Assembly (NCBI GenBank): GCA_963780225.1
Contig: CAWAAX010000011.1
Span: 87,691-151,690 of the forward strand
Direction of reading: 5' to 3'
Length of the DNA stretch: 64,000 nt
From: an uncultured bacterium
GTDB lineage: Bacteria > Edwardsbacteria > AC1 > EtOH8
Both the position numbers and the translations under genes were made by a program. Below are positions 40,676-50,259 of the stretch, in pieces (the first letter of the stretch is position 1; every line of letters starts with the position of its first letter). Under the pieces are notes generated by a model, which searched no databases, had not been told where the DNA came from, and saw only the letters and a list, made by a program, of their open reading frames with translations.

Positions 40676-41110
40676 ATGAATAAAATCAATTTTAAAGTCA
40701 CATTGCTTTCCGGCCTAAAAAAGGGCCTGGCCTCCTTCTGGGAACTGATGAAGATGGTGGCCCCGGTCTACACCGGCATCTGCATCCTTAAGGCCACCCC
40801 GGCATTGGACTGGTTCGCCGCTCTTTGCGCCCCGGCCATGAAGTATTTCGGCCTGCCGGGGGAAAGCGCCCTGGCCCTGATCGTGGGCAATCTGGTCAAC
40901 CTCTACGCCTCCATCGGGGTGATCGCCGGGCTCAAGCTCCAGCCCCAACAGCTGACCCTGCTTTCGTTGATGCTTTTGATCTCCCACAGCCAGATCCTGG
41001 AAAGCGCGGTTTTTGCCCAGATCAAGACCCGTTTTCTGCTGATATCCCTTTTCCGGTTGTCGTTGTCGCTGTTCCTGGGCTGGTCCCTGCACTTTTTCAT
41101 CATCCACTAA
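40676..41110 (+). CDS. Nucleoside recognition (Gate) domain membrane protein
   Basis: P.MKYFGLPGESALAL, NLYASIG, SHSQILES. Confidence 0.75.
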   Translation: MNKINFKVTLLSGLKKGLASFWELMKMVAPVYTGICILKATPALDWFAALCAPAMKYFGLPGESALALIVGNLVNLYASIGVIAGLKLQPQQLTLLSLMLLISHSQILESAVFAQIKTRFLLISLFRLSLSLFLGWSLHFFIIH

Positions 41111-41124
41111 TTAATAAGGAAACC

Positions 41125-41847
41125 ATGAGAAAACTATTTGGATTAGTAGCTCTGGTCCTGGCCCTGCCCGTGATGGCTGGCGCATTTACTCTTCCTAAAA
41201 TGGCCAATGGCGCATATGTCGGAGCTTATTTGATGGACTGTACGACCATAAACAACCAGGTGCTGTGCATCGATGGGGACCCTTCTCTGGGGACGGCTCC
41301 AATATTTGGAACGGAATTGAAGATGTTTTTACCAAAAGATTATTTCTTCGAGATTAACCTGGGGTACAGCTTCCAAAAGACTGTGGCGGGCGATCCTTCT
41401 TGGCCCTGGGACACCGTAAAAACCTCCGGGGAACTAACCATCGTCCCCTTGGCTTTAACCCTTGGGCATGATTTCCAGCTGATGTCAAAATTATGGGCGT
41501 CAGCCGGATTGACGTCCGGTTACACCTGGGCAACTGTTGCAATAGATACCCAGGCGGTCTACTATGGTAAGCCTCGCTATAATTCCCATACTGTCGGCCG
41601 GGGTGGAAACTCTTTTCTGGGTTTGATAGCGGGGATCACTTTAAATCTTCCTCGTAATATTGATGTTTCCGTTAACTTGGGATACCGCTATGGAAACATC
41701 AAGCAGCTAACAGTAAAAGAATCGAACGATCCTGAACGTATTGGCAGTATTCTTTCATATTATGATTATTCTTTGAATAACGAAAAGCCCATTCCTATAG
41801 AAATATCAAATCCCATTTTTTATTACGTTATTAAGTATGGTTTTTAA
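41125..41847 (+). CDS. Putative outer-membrane beta-barrel protein
   Basis: Signal peptide, alternating beta strands, C-terminal KYGF. Confidence 0.6.
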   Translation: MRKLFGLVALVLALPVMAGAFTLPKMANGAYVGAYLMDCTTINNQVLCIDGDPSLGTAPIFGTELKMFLPKDYFFEINLGYSFQKTVAGDPSWPWDTVKTSGELTIVPLALTLGHDFQLMSKLWASAGLTSGYTWATVAIDTQAVYYGKPRYNSHTVGRGGNSFLGLIAGITLNLPRNIDVSVNLGYRYGNIKQLTVKESNDPERIGSILSYYDYSLNNEKPIPIEISNPIFYYVIKYGF

Positions 41848-42303
41848 ATGCTTTTATTTTTAAATAATTATCTCTGGGGCCTGGGAGACCTGTCTCTCAA
41901 GATCTTCCTGATCGTGATGATCCTGTTCCTGCTGCTGGAGTTCATCAAGGCTTCGGGAATGCTGGAGAACAGCCTGGTCCGCCTCAACCGCTTTACCCGG
42001 CACCTGGGACTTAAGAAACAGTCGGGAATGCCGCTGTTGGCCGGTTTCATCTTCGGCATCGTGTTTGGCGCCAGCCTGATCATCTCCTCCTCCCGCGAGC
42101 AGCAACTGGACAAGCGCCAGGTATTTCTGATCAGCCTGTTCCTGGCCACCTGCCACGGAATAGTGGAGGACACCGGGTTGTTCGTGGTAATCGGGGCCAA
42201 CTTCTGGTGGATCACCATTCCTCGCCTGGTCCTGGCCATACTTCTGACCTGGCTGATAGCGATCTTCTATCCCGAAACAAACCCGCAAGAATTGACTAAG
42301 TGA
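41848..42303 (+). CDS. Nucleoside recognition (Gate) domain membrane protein
   Basis: GFIFGIVFGA, CHGIVEDT. Confidence 0.75.
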   Translation: MLLFLNNYLWGLGDLSLKIFLIVMILFLLLEFIKASGMLENSLVRLNRFTRHLGLKKQSGMPLLAGFIFGIVFGASLIISSSREQQLDKRQVFLISLFLATCHGIVEDTGLFVVIGANFWWITIPRLVLAILLTWLIAIFYPETNPQELTK

Positions 42304-42384
42304 AAAAGATTTATGAATGCCGGGAGGCGCAATCAGGTAATTGTCCATCTTTGTCAATAAGCGTCAAAAGGCCAACCCAATAAG

Positions 42385-42761
42385 ATGACTCGCAAAAAGT
42401 TTGAGGACATAGCCGGACAGGCCATCTCGGGACTGCCGGAGGAATTCCGCCAAAAGCTGGAGAATATCGCGGTAACCATCGAGGATTGGCCTTCGGATGA
42501 CATTCTTTCGAGTTTGGACCCCAAGCCTCGGAGGAATCAGCTGCTGGGCATTTACATCGGCATCCCCTACAACCGCCGGCCGCCCTATCCAATTTCCGGG
42601 GCCATGCCCGAAAGGATCGAACTGTACCAGAAGAACATCGAGAGCATTTGCGCCAACGATGAAACGAGATGGGAATATTTCAGATCAAGGAGACCATCAT
42701 CCACGAAATAGGCCATTACTTCGGGCTTTCCGAAGATACATTGGAACGCTTGCAGAATTAG
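42385..42761 (+). CDS. Zincin_1 metallopeptidase (frameshift at about 42670)
   Basis: LPEEF..LEN, LLGIYIG, PERIELYQ; HEIGHYFGLSE in shifted frame. Confidence 0.85.
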
Positions 42762-42908
42762 CAAAAACAAACACCACGCGATGCACTAAGTTTAGTTGAA
42801 GTGTTCCAATTGATGCAAAGCTTAATTAATTGTTAGTTTTAGTGCTCTTAGCGATCTTCAAATCTTAAAGTCTTAAAGAAATCTGCATATTATTAAGTGA
42901 ACTTAAAT

Positions 42909-42940
42909 TAAAAAGCCGGGCATTTTTGCCCGGCTTTTTA
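42909..42940. terminator. Bidirectional terminator
   Basis: AAAAAGCCGGGCA-TTTT-TGCCCGGCTTTTT. Confidence 0.8.
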
Positions 42941-43094
42941 ATTTACCTCATCTGTATTCACTTCGTGAGCATAATACGCGTCCCCCTATGGCACCTGCAT
43001 ATATTCCGGTTAGTAACTTCCTGCGATAGTAGGTGCACCGTCACAGTCTGTCCCTTCTTGCGGCCAGCACAGAACCCCAATTGAATAAGCCGTG

Positions 43095-43483
43095 TAATTA
43101 GAAAAACCCCGCCGGATTACCACAACGGGGGTTTTTATGGTGCCCCGCCGTTGGCGGGGCTATTGCCACTCTCTGAAACCAATATGATGGAGGCGGTGGG
43201 AATTTCCGCCAGCAGCAAAGCATGGCATTAATCGGCGGCGGATGCGCCGTCGCCTGGCTGTCAATAATTCCTGCCGGCGCAGAACCCACCTTGGTATCCC
43301 GAATAATTAGAAAAACTCCGCCGGGGAATATCCAGGCGGAGTTTTTTATGGTGCCCCGCCGTTGGCGGGGCTATTGCCAAGTCCTGTATTTTGGTGTGGT
43401 GCCCGCTAAAGGCGGACTTCTGCCCGGCACGGATATTGTGGGTGACCGCCAAAGGCGGACTATTGCCCGGCAAGATGTCAATA
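43095..43483 (-). repeat. Duplicated tmRNA 3' end and flank with hairpin units
   Basis: 43181-43204 copies 43480-43503; 43095-43168 resembles 43305-43379; repeated TGGTG-hairpin-CTATTGCC. Confidence 0.75.
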
Positions 43484-43840
43484 TGGTGGAGGCGGTGGGA
43501 ATTGAACCCACGTCCGATAAGGTAAGAACCTAAGCCTCTACATGCTTGTTTTGTGTTTTGATCTTTTCCCTAAAAGTCTCGCACAAACACGATCCTTTAA
43601 GGGAGCAGCCCATAAGTCTCATCAGTTATGCCCGGGCCGGGCGTTACTGACCAGCCCATCTTTGCGATGCCGTTTGCAGATTCGATAGGCGGGGACCTGC
43701 AGCGGCATGGCAGCTAAAATTAAGCTGCCAGAGCGTAGTTGTAAGTGTCAATTATGACGTTGCCAGTATTTTAACGAGCCCTCTGACTTTCTCGGCATGC
43801 CACTTAAACCCTTTCTTTACCGTCGAAACCTGTCGCCCCC
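43484..43840 (-). ncRNA. ssrA: tmRNA; tag (A)DTYNYALAA*
   Basis: 5' GGGGGCGACAGGTTTCGAC, 3' GGTTCAATTCCCACCGCCTCCACCA, tag ORF GAC ACT TAC AAC TAC GCT CTG GCA GCT TAA. Confidence 0.96.
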
Positions 43841-44265
43841 CTTTTATTATTGCTTCCTTGCCCCGCAGAGAAGATACTTATAATTGCCCACGATGCGGGG
43901 TCGCCCCCCTATTCTTTGATTGCTTCCCAGCACTGAGAACGGCACCCTGCTTGACCTGCCGAAGTGTCGCCCCCCTTAATATTTGATTACTCCCCAGCAC
44001 TGAGAAATGCTCCTTGCCTAGCTTGTCGAAGTGTCGCCCCCCTTTTATTTGGTGCCTTCTTGCATTTCTGAGCCTGCACTGAGATGACCATTAGGTTACA
44101 CTACCGAAGTGCCCCCCTTTTATTTGATGCCTTCCCTGCCCCGCAGGAATTGTTTGCTTGTATTATGCCTGATGCGGGGTCGCCCCCTTTTATTGTTGTT
44201 TGTCATCCTGAGAAGTCTCCTTGCCTGACTTCCGAAGGATGCCCCCCCTATTCTTTGATTGCTTG
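43832..44265 (-). repeat. Seven-copy interspaced array of the tmRNA 5' junction
   Basis: GTCGCCCCCC(T-rich)GATTGCTTCC-like repeat at 43832, 43900, 43966, 44033, 44109, 44179, 44239. Confidence 0.85.
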
Positions 44266-44269
44266 TATA

Positions 44270-44298
44270 AAGATAACAATATTAACACCCTTTGTCAA
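44270..44298 (-). promoter_or_regulatory. Likely promoter for array plus tmRNA
   Basis: TTGACA-17-TATCTT on the minus strand just upstream of the array. Confidence 0.55.
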
Positions 44299-44352
44299 GA
44301 CCTGCGGACCCCAAACAAAAAGCACAGTATTTTAACTGTGCTGTCAAAAAAC

Positions 44353-44428
<76 letters not shown>

Positions 44429-44479
44429 AATTTGCAAGAATGATTATTATACTAAATATTGGAATAAATGTAAAGAGCC

Positions 44480-44516
44480 AAAAGACCCCTTCCCGGGAAA
44501 TGGGATGGGGTCTTTT
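44480..44516 (-). terminator. Intrinsic terminator after the sigma factor gene
   Basis: AAAAGACCCC..GGGGTCTTTT. Confidence 0.7.
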
Positions 44517-44642
44517 GTATCCACTATTCAGTAGTCAGTAGACACTACTCATTTACCGGATCATAAGACATAAACCCCAAACATAGTCTCCCTGATCACG
44601 AATAGCGGATACTGTCTACTGTATGGTGACTAGTTTAAGCAA

Positions 44643-45506
44643 TCAGTCCAGATAGTCCTTAAGCCTTGAGTCATGGTCGGCGGTCTTCATCTTCCTCAGG
44701 GCCCGGTCCTTTAACTGCCGCACCCGCTCCCGGGAGATGTTGAACTTCCGGCCGATGGAATCCAAAGTCCCCTCGTCGTTGTTCTCCAGGCCGTAATACA
44801 TCTTGACTATCTTTTCCTCCCGGGGGGTCAGCAGAGAAAGAACCCGTTTGATATCGTGGCTCATGGTCTTGCTCTTAAGCACCTGGTCAGGAGAGCTGTA
44901 ATTCTGATTCTCCATGGTATCCCCCAAGGTCCGGCCTTCGCCTTCAATGGACGGCGTGTCCAGCGAAACCTCGTTGGAGGAGAATCCCAGCAGTTCAGTG
45001 ACCTCGTCTTCGGAGATCTTTGAATGCTTGGATATCTGCCGGGCCGAAGGCTTGCAGCCGGTGTTGGGGTTTAGAACCTGCAGTTCGTGGATGGCTTTGT
45101 TGACCTTGTTCAGTTTGTCTATCCGGTTCATGGGCAGCCGCACCGAGCGGGTCTGTTCGGCGATGGCTTTTAGGATGGCCTGCCTGATCCACCACACGGC
45201 ATAGGTGTTGAAGCGGTAGCCCTTGGAGGGGTCGTAGCGCTTGATGGCCCTCATCAGCCCAAAGTTGCCCTCGTTGATCAGGTCGGCCATGGACATCCCC
45301 CGTCCCTGAAAATCCTTGGCTACGCTGACCACGAAGCGCAGATTGCTTTCCACCAGCTTGTCTAAAGCCTTGCGGCTCCCAGCCTTGGCCTTAATGGCCA
45401 GGGTGGATTCCTCTGACTCGCTTAGAAGCGGCAGGCTTCCGATCTCCCTGAAATATATGTCCAGGGAGGGGTCGTCGGCTATCGAGCTTATTCTTTTATA
45501 ATCCAT
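44643..45506 (-). CDS. Sigma-70 family factor (RpoD/RpoH-like, lacks region 1.1)
   Basis: NLRFVVSVAK, DLINEGN.GL, TYAVWWIRQ, ISRERVRQ. Confidence 0.93.
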   Translation of the reverse strand: MDYKRISSIADDPSLDIYFREIGSLPLLSESEESTLAIKAKAGSRKALDKLVESNLRFVVSVAKDFQGRGMSMADLINEGNFGLMRAIKRYDPSKGYRFNTYAVWWIRQAILKAIAEQTRSVRLPMNRIDKLNKVNKAIHELQVLNPNTGCKPSARQISKHSKISEDEVTELLGFSSNEVSLDTPSIEGEGRTLGDTMENQNYSSPDQVLKSKTMSHDIKRVLSLLTPREEKIVKMYYGLENNDEGTLDSIGRKFNISRERVRQLKDRALRKMKTADHDSRLKDYLD

Positions 45507-45589
45507 TTTAACAGTTGGACTGTTTAACGTTTGGTGCTTAAAGTTAGTGAATACTGGCTACTGTATAGTGAATAGTGGGTGGATCTCAT

Positions 45590-47107
45590 CTATTTATCCT
45601 TCACCGCTATGAACAGTGTATTTTGCCCCCGTTTCAGCAGAAAGACCACCGGTTTGTCGCTTTTGAGCTCACTCTTTAAGATGCCGGAATAGTCGGAAAG
45701 ATTCTTTACGGTCCGGCCATTTATCTTTTTTATCACATCTCCGGTAGCCAGCCCTGCCTGATCGGCCGGAGAATCCGGCTCCAGGTCGGCGATGACAGCC
45801 CCTTCCTTGTCGGTGATCCCGATGCGCTTGGCCTGCTCGGAATCAACGGCCAGAAGTTTGCGGATGCCCAGCCAAACCTTGGGCTCTGCTTCATCCTTGG
45901 CCTTGGCAACCGTTTCTCCCGGCATCTCGCCGATGACCGCACTTAGTGTCTTCTGCTTTTTATCACGGAGGACCGTCAGTTTTACATCATCACCCACCTT
46001 GGTTTCGGCCACTATCTGGCGGAACTTGGCCACAGTGGGCACGTCCTGGCCGTTGAATTTTATGATGATGTCTCCCTCCAACAGGCCGGCCTTGCCGGCC
46101 GGGGTGTTTTCCTCCACCTTGGCTATCAGCACGCCTTTAAGATCCTTGAGACCAAAGCCCTCGGCCAGTTCCGGTGTTACCTCCTGAGGCAGCACGCCCA
46201 GATAACCCCGCACCACCTTGCCGTGGTCCATCAGCTGGTCGGCGATCTTTTTGGCCATGTTGATGGGGATGGCAAAGCCTATTCCCTGCCCGGCCGAATT
46301 GATGGCGGTGTTGATGCCTATCACCTCGCCCCTCAGGTTGACCAGCGGCCCGCCGGAGTTGCCGAAGTTGATGGAGGCGTCGGTCTGGATGAAGTCCTGG
46401 TACATGGGGCCGCCGCCCTGGATGTCCAGCCCGGTCCGGCCCTTGTAGCTGATGATCCCCTGGGTGACAGTGCGCTCCAGCCCAAAGGGGTTGCCGATGG
46501 CCACCGCATAGTCGCCCACTTCGATCTCGTCGGAATTGCCCAGGTCGGCCACCTCTGACTCCGGCAGGTCCCCCTTAAGGCCCTTGAGCTTGATGACCGC
46601 CACGTCGCTCTTGGGGTCGGCCCCCACCACCTCGGCGGAGAATTCACGGCTGTCGGACATTTTGACCGTCAGTTCCGGGTTGCCGGCCACCACGTGGTTG
46701 TTGGTCAGGATATAGCCCTTCTTATCGATGATGAAACCGGAGCCCTGGCCCTCTATCTTCTTCTGTTTTTTCTCCGGCTCCTGCTGCCGGAACTCGGGGA
46801 AAAAGTCCTTAAAAAAATCATCGTAGGGAGACTGGAAGCCCCGTGAGATCACCTCGGTATAACGCCTGGAGCTGATGTTGACCACCGCCGGGCCGGCCTT
46901 TTTGGCCACCGCCACGAAGGGGCTTTGCAATCCGGAGGTCAAGGGCAGGATTGAATTGTTTGTGACTACGTTTTTCTGTTCTCCCTTGTCGGCCTGGGAG
47001 AACGGCGTCAGGTTCAAGCTGGAGGCTATTATTATCCCGGCGATAAGGCAGACGCTGCCCACCAGCAATAATTTGAAATTACCAGCTCCCTTATTGTTGC
47101 GGATCAT
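45590..47107 (-). CDS. degP: DegP/HtrA (Do) serine protease with two PDZ domains
   Basis: GSGFII, TNNHV, IQTDASINFGNSGGPL. Confidence 0.92.
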   Translation of the reverse strand: MIRNNKGAGNFKLLLVGSVCLIAGIIIASSLNLTPFSQADKGEQKNVVTNNSILPLTSGLQSPFVAVAKKAGPAVVNISSRRYTEVISRGFQSPYDDFFKDFFPEFRQQEPEKKQKKIEGQGSGFIIDKKGYILTNNHVVAGNPELTVKMSDSREFSAEVVGADPKSDVAVIKLKGLKGDLPESEVADLGNSDEIEVGDYAVAIGNPFGLERTVTQGIISYKGRTGLDIQGGGPMYQDFIQTDASINFGNSGGPLVNLRGEVIGINTAINSAGQGIGFAIPINMAKKIADQLMDHGKVVRGYLGVLPQEVTPELAEGFGLKDLKGVLIAKVEENTPAGKAGLLEGDIIIKFNGQDVPTVAKFRQIVAETKVGDDVKLTVLRDKKQKTLSAVIGEMPGETVAKAKDEAEPKVWLGIRKLLAVDSEQAKRIGITDKEGAVIADLEPDSPADQAGLATGDVIKKINGRTVKNLSDYSGILKSELKSDKPVVFLLKRGQNTLFIAVKDK

Positions 47108-47108
47108 T

Positions 47109-47429
47109 TTATTCTTCCTCTTCAATTAAGTTTTGAGGTTGGTTGCTGTATGTATGAATACGCAACCGGGCGATGGTTTGTTCCGGGTTCTGCTCTATTT
47201 CCATTATCACCCTGACCCCTTCCAGGTTGATCCCTTTCTCCCGGATAAGATAGACGATCTGCTCCAGTGTCTCCAGGTCGTCCTGGGAGTACATCCTGAT
47301 CCGGCCGCTTATCCGGGCAGGAGAAAGCAAACCCCTTCTCTCGTAAAGCCTTAGGGTCTGTTCGTGCAGCCCGCAAAGCTTGGCCACCACGCTGATGGTG
47401 TAGACCGGGGTGTTGGATTCAGGGCGCAT
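47109..47429 (-). CDS. hspR: HspR-like MerR regulator
   Basis: PVYTISVVA...LHEQTLRLYERRGLL.P.R, GINLEGV. Confidence 0.85.
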   Translation of the reverse strand: MRPESNTPVYTISVVAKLCGLHEQTLRLYERRGLLSPARISGRIRMYSQDDLETLEQIVYLIREKGINLEGVRVIMEIEQNPEQTIARLRIHTYSNQPQNLIEEEE

Positions 47430-47545
47430 AATTTTTCCCGAAGATTAGAAATTGAGAAGTTCCGAAGGTGAGAAAACGAAACTCTGAGCAGCTTCTTAGC
47501 TTCTCATCTTCCCACCTTCTCAACTTCTTGATATGGGCTTGCGTG

Positions 47546-48001
47546 TTACTTGACCTCGATGGCGATCTCCTTGGGCTTCACTTCTTCGGCTTTGGGGACG
47601 GTGATGGTCAGCAGTCCGTTCTCGTAAGCCGCCTTGGTCTTGCCGGACTGCACCTCGGTGGGAAGCCTTAAGACCCGCTGGAACTGGCCGTACATCCGCT
47701 CTATCCGGTGATAGGTCTTGTCCTTGGTCTCCTCTTCGTGCCGCCGTTCGCCGGAAATGGTCAGCATGTCGCCGGAGATCTGGATCTTTATGTCCTCCTT
47801 CTTCATCCCTGGAATCTCGGCTTTTACTATGATGTCGGTCTTGGTCTCTTCGATGTCCATCATCGGAGCCCACAGTCCATCGGAAAGATTTCTGCGGTCC
47901 GGCGCCCGGCCCAGGAAATCTGAAAAAAGCCGGTTCATATCATCCTGAAAAGAAGAAAGCTCGGTAAAGGGATAATACTTGATCAAATCTCTGCTCATCA
48001 T
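47546..48001 (-). CDS. Hsp20/alpha-crystallin small heat-shock protein
   Basis: P.MDIEE, AEIPG, ERMYGQF.R, AAYENGLL. Confidence 0.95.
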   Translation of the reverse strand: MMSRDLIKYYPFTELSSFQDDMNRLFSDFLGRAPDRRNLSDGLWAPMMDIEETKTDIIVKAEIPGMKKEDIKIQISGDMLTISGERRHEEETKDKTYHRIERMYGQFQRVLRLPTEVQSGKTKAAYENGLLTITVPKAEEVKPKEIAIEVK

Positions 48002-48063
48002 TTACTCCTTTCTGTGTTTATTCTTTTATCGCAGCAACGGTATCCCGTAGCTGAAGTGCCATA

Positions 48064-48093
48064 ATTATAACTATTGAGTGTCTTCTTGTCAAG
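48064..48093 (-). promoter_or_regulatory. Consensus promoter overlapped by a HAIR-like operator
   Basis: TTGACA-17-TATAAT; CTTGACA-N7-ACTCAAT vs HAIR CTTGAGT-N7-ACTCAAG. Confidence 0.75.
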
Positions 48094-48242
48094 TGTATTG
48101 ATAACATAATTTTATTTATATTGTTAACAGGTTGCGTTTATTAGAGTTACATTTATAACATATTGGGGGGAACCTGGCTGTTAGTATTGAACTCTAAAAT
48201 ATATAACCAATTTTCCCTTTAATTTACTATTGGAGAAATGCC

Positions 48243-49160
48243 GTGAAATCATCTGTAAAGATCATCCTATCTCTGCTGACGGCAATATTTTTGCCGTTAG
48301 GTTGCAGTAAAACTCCAACCGGAACCACTATCTCAAATGAGGACCAGATCCGGGAATTGCTGTTGACCTCTCAATACACCGACACCACCACCTTCGTCAA
48401 CGATGGAACCACTATTCCGTTTTCGGTTTTATCCGTTAAGCCGGATGTGAAAAATGAGATCTTTCCAGATTCAATCAAGTTTGCCCGCAAAGTAGACCAG
48501 GTGGTCCGGACGGTCAGCATCACCCTGGATCCGGACAGCCTCAACGCCACCGCCACGATCACTTTGGACATTTATGGCATCATGTATGTGGACAATGACG
48601 GCGATATCATTCGGGATCCGTTCCTGCGCTACTTTAACACCGCCAACCTGCATGACCGGGCCACCCGCTATGTACGGCTGCGCAAGATCAATGACCTCTG
48701 GCACGTCTGGGGGGTGACTCCGCTGGAGCTTTATACCCTAAACGGAAATCCCGCCCTTAACATTGACAGTGTGGTGATAACCGGTTGCGCCAACAACAAC
48801 GGGATAGTGGTCATTAAACCCATAGATATGACCCAAATCAGGCTGCGCAACCTGCTGCCCATCTTCAATCCCGGAGATTCTGTAACCGTAAGCGTCTGGG
48901 CCTCGCCCTCCGGCCAGTTCTGGGCATTTTTGCACCGCTGGTTGCTGCGGCTGCATGATCGCCAACCCATGGAAAAAGTGGATGATAAACTTTTTACATA
49001 TAGCTGGCAGGTCCCTGTCGACGCCGTGCTGGGGGTCCGCCACGCTTCGGTGGATGTCATCAGCCAAAACTGCCTGTTTGGAGACAGCTCGGCCACCTAC
49101 TCTGCCAGGGCTTGGTGCCTGCCCTATATTGTAGCCCCGGATACTATAACTCTGCCGTAA
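48243..49160 (+). CDS. Hypothetical lipoprotein
   Basis: Lipobox LPLGC; 305-aa beta-rich ORF with RBS. Confidence 0.7.
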   Translation: MKSSVKIILSLLTAIFLPLGCSKTPTGTTISNEDQIRELLLTSQYTDTTTFVNDGTTIPFSVLSVKPDVKNEIFPDSIKFARKVDQVVRTVSITLDPDSLNATATITLDIYGIMYVDNDGDIIRDPFLRYFNTANLHDRATRYVRLRKINDLWHVWGVTPLELYTLNGNPALNIDSVVITGCANNNGIVVIKPIDMTQIRLRNLLPIFNPGDSVTVSVWASPSGQFWAFLHRWLLRLHDRQPMEKVDDKLFTYSWQVPVDAVLGVRHASVDVISQNCLFGDSSATYSARAWCLPYIVAPDTITLP

Positions 49161-49298
49161 ATATATACAATCTTAATGCCCTGATATTGCTTTTTAGCAT
49201 TTTACTGGGAACAACCCCAGAGGGCCGCCAACCTCAAACGGACCGTGCTGATTGCCCCGGGTAGATGGGGTGCAAATTTATAGTGAGAATATTTGACT

Positions 49299-49562
49299 AT
49301 GCCGGGTAAAAACATCACGGAAGAGTTTTGGGTGGTGGCCCCTCCTGGGACAGAGTTAAGAGACAGCCTGATCATCATGGCCCAGCAGAGCCAACTGGAG
49401 ATGCAGGTTCTTGAGGAAGACGGCCATCTGAACCAGAACAAATTAATGTTCATCGTAAGTAAATTACGGTTCAGCGTAAGTGGGGCCAAAGACTGCATCG
49501 GTAATTTTCGTGAGGTACTGTCTCAGTATCCCGATATAAAATTCGTTGGGCTGGAGGTTTAA
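49299..49562 (+). CDS. Hypothetical protein
   Basis: Short ORF followed by a terminator. Confidence 0.5.
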   Translation: MPGKNITEEFWVVAPPGTELRDSLIIMAQQSQLEMQVLEEDGHLNQNKLMFIVSKLRFSVSGAKDCIGNFREVLSQYPDIKFVGLEV

Positions 49563-49582
49563 ATAACCGCAGGCGACAGGCC

Positions 49583-49626
49583 AATAGAAAAAAGGCTGGA
49601 ATAATTTTCCAGCCTTTTTTCTATTT
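49583..49626. terminator. Bidirectional terminator
   Basis: AATAGAAAAAAGGCTGGAA..TTCCAGCCTTTTTTCTATT. Confidence 0.8.
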
Positions 49627-49682
49627 GATCAGATGAATGACTATGGCCTTACCAGCGTAGCATTCGCCGGAAGAAAACTATT

Positions 49683-50045
49683 TCAGGCCTTGCCTTCCTG
49701 CTGGCCCAGCATCTTGGAGCTGCCGTCAAAGAACACGTCGCTGTCGATGATCAGGCCCCGGCACTTGATGTCGCCGCTGTAATGGGCGCCGCTCTGCAGC
49801 TCGATCTTATTGGCCGCAGTGATATTGCCAATAACCTTGCCGCCGATGATGGCGTCCTTGGTCCTGATTTCGGCCTTCAATATGCCTTCCTTGCCCAGCA
49901 CCAAAGTACCGCTGGCCTCTATCTGCCCCTCAACCTGGCCGTCTACCCTGATCCCGCCTTCAACTTTGAGGCTGCCGTTAAAACTTGATCCCTTGCCCAG
50001 CAGGGTGTTCATCGGTCCGCCGCCGATTTCAGTTTTTTTGTCCAT
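49683..50045 (-). CDS. Bactofilin (polymer-forming cytoskeletal protein)
   Basis: TLLGKGSSFNGSL..G.IRVDG.VEG, GKVIGNI.A, FDG. Confidence 0.9.
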   Translation of the reverse strand: MDKKTEIGGGPMNTLLGKGSSFNGSLKVEGGIRVDGQVEGQIEASGTLVLGKEGILKAEIRTKDAIIGGKVIGNITAANKIELQSGAHYSGDIKCRGLIIDSDVFFDGSSKMLGQQEGKA

Positions 50046-50259
50046 CTTTTCTATCCTTTATGTTTGGGACACGGCATACCGCGTCCTTACTATGGGGCAG
50101 GGTTAAACCTACCCTTACTTTTGTTTCGCTTTCATTTCCACGAGGTCATGTTACTCAGAACCTTGCTCTGTGATAATAAATCCCCCATGTCTTTGCGGCT
50201 GGATGATTACACTGTTTTATTATATCCAAAACAGCAGCCCTAAGTCAAGTAATAAGTTA

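Noticed and set aside
43832..44265. Canonical CRISPR array
   Set aside because: Repeats are degenerate and equal to the tmRNA 5' junction, spacers share fixed hairpin arms, and no cas genes are in the window; reported as a different array type.
43098..44335. Short ORFs around tmRNA (43098-43289, 43222-43533, 43261-43473, 44084-44335)
   Set aside because: They are translations of repeats and RNA gene sequence with no protein-like motifs.
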